A DNA stretch of 57,434 bases from an uncultured Candidatus Saccharibacteria bacterium (GTDB lineage: Bacteria; Patescibacteriota; Minisyncoccia; Phycocordibacterales; UBA1006). The stretch is from positions 16,912 through 74,345 of the forward strand of contig CAZUIQ010000003.1 in the NCBI GenBank assembly GCA_964620085.1, written 5' to 3'. Of the stretch, positions 55,065-57,434 are shown in pieces. Made by a program: the position numbers and the translations under genes. The first letter of the stretch is position 1. Every line of letters begins with the position of its first letter. The notes beneath the pieces were generated by a model, which saw only the letters and a program-made list of their open reading frames with translations, was not told where the DNA came from and made no database searches.

Positions 55065-55385
55065 ATGACAAAATTAGAAATGGAAGAAAATGACCGTTGG
55101 GCTAAAAAATGGGCAGGCGTAGCCACAGTCATCATACTTTTCCTAATCATTACTAGTGCAGTATGGAAAACCATATACCCAGATAAAGCCCCGACCATCA
55201 TTCTTGTTAGTGGGATTGTCGAGCAAAGCCATATCGGATTTGAAGGAAAAGGCAGAACATCTTATCCTTCGGTACGCATTATTGGAGATGCCTCGGTCTA
55301 TGTATTCGATCCTATACATGTAGAAGTTGGGATGCCAGGTAAGATCTGGCGACTCCATTTCCCTCACATTCAGAGACTCCAATAG
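55065..55385 (+). CDS. small membrane-anchored hypothetical protein (106 aa)
   Basis: One TM helix WAGVATVIILFLIITSAVW. Confidence 0.4.
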   Translation: MTKLEMEENDRWAKKWAGVATVIILFLIITSAVWKTIYPDKAPTIILVSGIVEQSHIGFEGKGRTSYPSVRIIGDASVYVFDPIHVEVGMPGKIWRLHFPHIQRLQ

Positions 55386-55502
55386 AGATTCTGTTTATGA
55401 AAAGGGTGAGCAAATTACTGGATTTAAGTTCCACCGAAAAAATTAAGGTTAAAAAAGCGAGTAGAATTCTGCTCGCTTTTCTTGTGCTATAATATTCTAT
55501 AT

Positions 55503-56573
55503 ATGGAACTTGCAATAATCATTCTCTTGGTAGTTATGTTACTCTTCATCGCCTATCTGGCTTTTTTCAAGCAATCAGATATTCCTGAAATCAAACAGGA
55601 CGATACGGGATTGAAATTAATCCTTCAACAATTAAATGAAGTAACACGAACCATGGACCATAAAATGAATCGATCGTCTGATATGGTTCAAAAATCCTTG
55701 GAAACACAATTTTCTGAATCACAGAAATTGATTCGTGAAATTACACGTGAATTGACCGAGGTAAAAGAAACAGGAAAGCAGGTAATGTCATTTGCTGATC
55801 AATTACAAAACCTTCAGGATATTTTGAAAAATCCAAAACAGCGTGGAATCCTTGGAGAATATTATTTGGAGACATTACTGACCAATACCCTTCCGCCGGG
55901 GTCCTATGAGATGCAGTATAAGCTTGGAAAAAGCGAAGATGGTGATGACTTGATTCCTGATGCGGTGGTATTTGTAAAAAATACTATTATTCCGATTGAT
56001 TCGAAGTTTTCTCTTGAAAATTATAACAAGCTCGTAGAGGAACGCGATCCAGCACAGAAGGAAAAATATGAAAAATTATTCGTGAACGACTTGAAAAATC
56101 GCATTGCAGAAACCTCAAAATATATTCAGCCAAGTCTGGGGACATTAGACTTTGCCTTTATGTTCATTCCTCACGAAGCAATTTATTATGATTTGCTGAC
56201 GAATAAGGTAGGTGCCTTACGTGAAGAAACTGAAAATTTGATTCAGCGGGCAGCTTCGAAATACAAAGTGATTATTGTATCCCCTACTTCGTTTCTTGCG
56301 TATTTACAAACCGTGCTTCAAGGATTAAAAGCGATGCAAATCGAGGAGACTGCAAAGGATATTATTAAGCGCGTAGATGAACTTGGAAAGCATTTGAAAT
56401 CATATGAGGAGTATCATGGTAAGCTTGGTAATGCACTCGGAACGACTATTAATCATTTTAACGCTTCGAATAAGGAATTGAGAAAAATTGATAAGGATGT
56501 GATGCGTATTACAGGAGCTTCTGTAGAAATAGAAACTCTTGAATTACCAAAACCAGAGCGTGATGAGGAATAA
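55503..56573 (+). CDS. rmuC: DNA recombination protein RmuC
   Basis: Likely start MELAIIILLVVM at 55503. IPDAVVFVKNTIIPIDSKF, FAFMFIPHEAIY and IVSPTSFLAYLQTV. Confidence 0.85.
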   Translation: MELAIIILLVVMLLFIAYLAFFKQSDIPEIKQDDTGLKLILQQLNEVTRTMDHKMNRSSDMVQKSLETQFSESQKLIREITRELTEVKETGKQVMSFADQLQNLQDILKNPKQRGILGEYYLETLLTNTLPPGSYEMQYKLGKSEDGDDLIPDAVVFVKNTIIPIDSKFSLENYNKLVEERDPAQKEKYEKLFVNDLKNRIAETSKYIQPSLGTLDFAFMFIPHEAIYYDLLTNKVGALREETENLIQRAASKYKVIIVSPTSFLAYLQTVLQGLKAMQIEETAKDIIKRVDELGKHLKSYEEYHGKLGNALGTTINHFNASNKELRKIDKDVMRITGASVEIETLELPKPERDEE

Positions 56574-56576
56574 AAC

Positions 56577-56609
56577 ACCCTTGCAAACACAAGGGTTTTG
56601 TGTTATTTT
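56577..56609 (+). terminator. rho-independent terminator
   Basis: ACCCTTG-caaaca-CAAGGGT then TTTGTGTTATTTT. Confidence 0.65.
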
Positions 56610-56738
56610 GACTAAGTTCTTTTATCAGCCCGCTTCCCTTGCCTAACCCTGCTTTGTCCCGCGTAGCTCCGAATAGGAGCGTAGTGGGATTCCTGTTACG
56701 CTTCAAAGCAAAAGCATTGGTCGCATTTTAAAACAACT

Positions 56739-57434
56739 ATGAAAAAAGAATTAACAAAAAATGCGGTGACTCCATTTCTAGGTTCAGAAGACTCTGCAAC
56801 CATGAAGGATCTCGTATTGAGTGAGTCTATTAAACCCTTAGAGGTTGGTGAATTAGTAGAAGGTACCGTACTTTCTATTGATAATATGGAAATGTATGTA
56901 GAAATCCCTCTCTACGGAACAGGTATTATCTACGGTCGCGAATACATGAATGCCCGAGATATGATCAAGAACATCAATGTTGGTGATTCAATCAAGGGTA
57001 AAATTGTAGAACGTGAAAATAAAAATGGGTATATCGAATTATCACTCAAGGAAGCTCGTCAGGCACTTGTTTGGTCTGATGCTGAAAAAGCAATGAAGTC
57101 AGAAGAAATTCTTGAACTTCCTATCAAGGAAGCAAACAAGGGAGGACTTATTGTGGAATGGCAAGGTATTGCAGGATTTCTTCCTGCGTCACAGCTTCGT
57201 GCGGATAACTATCCTCGCGTAGATGACGGAAATAAAGATGAAATCCTCAAGGAGCTTAAAAAGCTTGTGGGTAAGAAACTTGCACTTTCGATCATTGGTG
57301 TTAATCCAAAAGAAGGAAAACTTATCTTCAGTGAAAAAGGAAATACTAAAGAAGACAAGAAGGAGATGATTACAAAATACACTGTTGGTGATGCACTTGA
57401 TTGTGAAGTTACCGGAGTGGTTGATTTTGGAATC
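56739..57434 (+). CDS. rpsA: 30S ribosomal protein S1 (5' part; runs off the window)
   Basis: Absent from the track because it is open to the window end. My translation is MKKELTKNAVTPFLGSEDSATMKDLVLSESIKPLEVGELVEGTVLSI... with repeated S1 (OB) units: GDSIKGKIVERENKNGYIELSLKEA and GDALDCEVTGVVDFGI. Confidence 0.85.
   Translation, partial: MKKELTKNAVTPFLGSEDSATMKDLVLSESIKPLEVGELVEGTVLSIDNMEMYVEIPLYGTGIIYGREYMNARDMIKNINVGDSIKGKIVERENKNGYIELSLKEARQALVWSDAEKAMKSEEILELPIKEANKGGLIVEWQGIAGFLPASQLRADNYPRVDDGNKDEILKELKKLVGKKLALSIIGVNPKEGKLIFSEKGNTKEDKKEMITKYTVGDALDCEVTGVVDFGI

Noticed and set aside
1-57434. Possible alternative genetic code (UGA as a sense codon, as in some candidate-phyla lineages).
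   Set aside because: Conserved proteins (pheT, gatB, obg, ABC-F, dinD, R.DpnII) are full-length and uninterrupted under the standard code. The transposase ends with TGA (10767..10769) at the expected C-terminus.
1-57434. CRISPR arrays or rRNA genes.
   Set aside because: I found no regularly spaced 25-40-nt direct repeats and no rRNA-like conserved stretches. The only RNA gene I could fold is the tRNA at 39624..39696.

Overview
This is a 57.4-kb, AT-rich, very gene-dense bacterial chromosome segment, coded mostly on the minus strand. Short housekeeping proteins (PheS lacking its N-terminal arm, a 310-aa RF1), many N-terminally membrane-anchored hypothetical proteins and short intergenic gaps suggest a reduced-genome, Patescibacteria/CPR-like organism; that placement is inference. 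The standard code 11 applies. Recognisable core genes are an ABC-F ATPase, prfA, rpmE, rplY, pheS/pheT, gatB, obg, tlyA, trhO, lexA, dinD, rmuC, rpsA (partial), tRNA-Ile(GAU), yqeY, and HIT, NUDIX and MYG1 proteins. The accessory content falls into five groups. (1) An AT-richer defence island at about 17.5-24.0 kb holds a compact, retron-like stand-alone reverse transcriptase. It follows about 680 nt of hairpin-rich non-coding sequence with its own sigma70-type promoter. The island also holds a tightly packed four-gene operon: DpnM-like Dam methylase, AIPR abortive-infection protein, DpnII/MboI-type GATC endonuclease and a second DNA methylase. (2) A GIY-YIG nuclease sits next to a RhuM-Fic/DOC protein. 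(3) A 909-bp IS481-like insertion sequence has 18-bp inverted repeats. (4) Several paralogous secreted or membrane-anchored proteins are present, including two LamG/peptidoglycan-binding surface proteins, one of them a 1159-aa GLUG-repeat protein. (5) A membrane/sulfur cluster contains TspO, two rhodanese paralogues, DUF2892, a DUF1295-YciB fusion and DUF2177. Regulatory signals read directly from the sequence include a GAAC-N4-GTTC SOS box inside the lexA promoter, a duplicated promoter plus AGAAC-N6-GTTCT operator module, a duplicated terminator-promoter module, and many rho-independent terminators. The best candidate for an undescribed system is the orphan reverse transcriptase with its long structured leader in the defence island. 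No CRISPR array or rRNA was seen.
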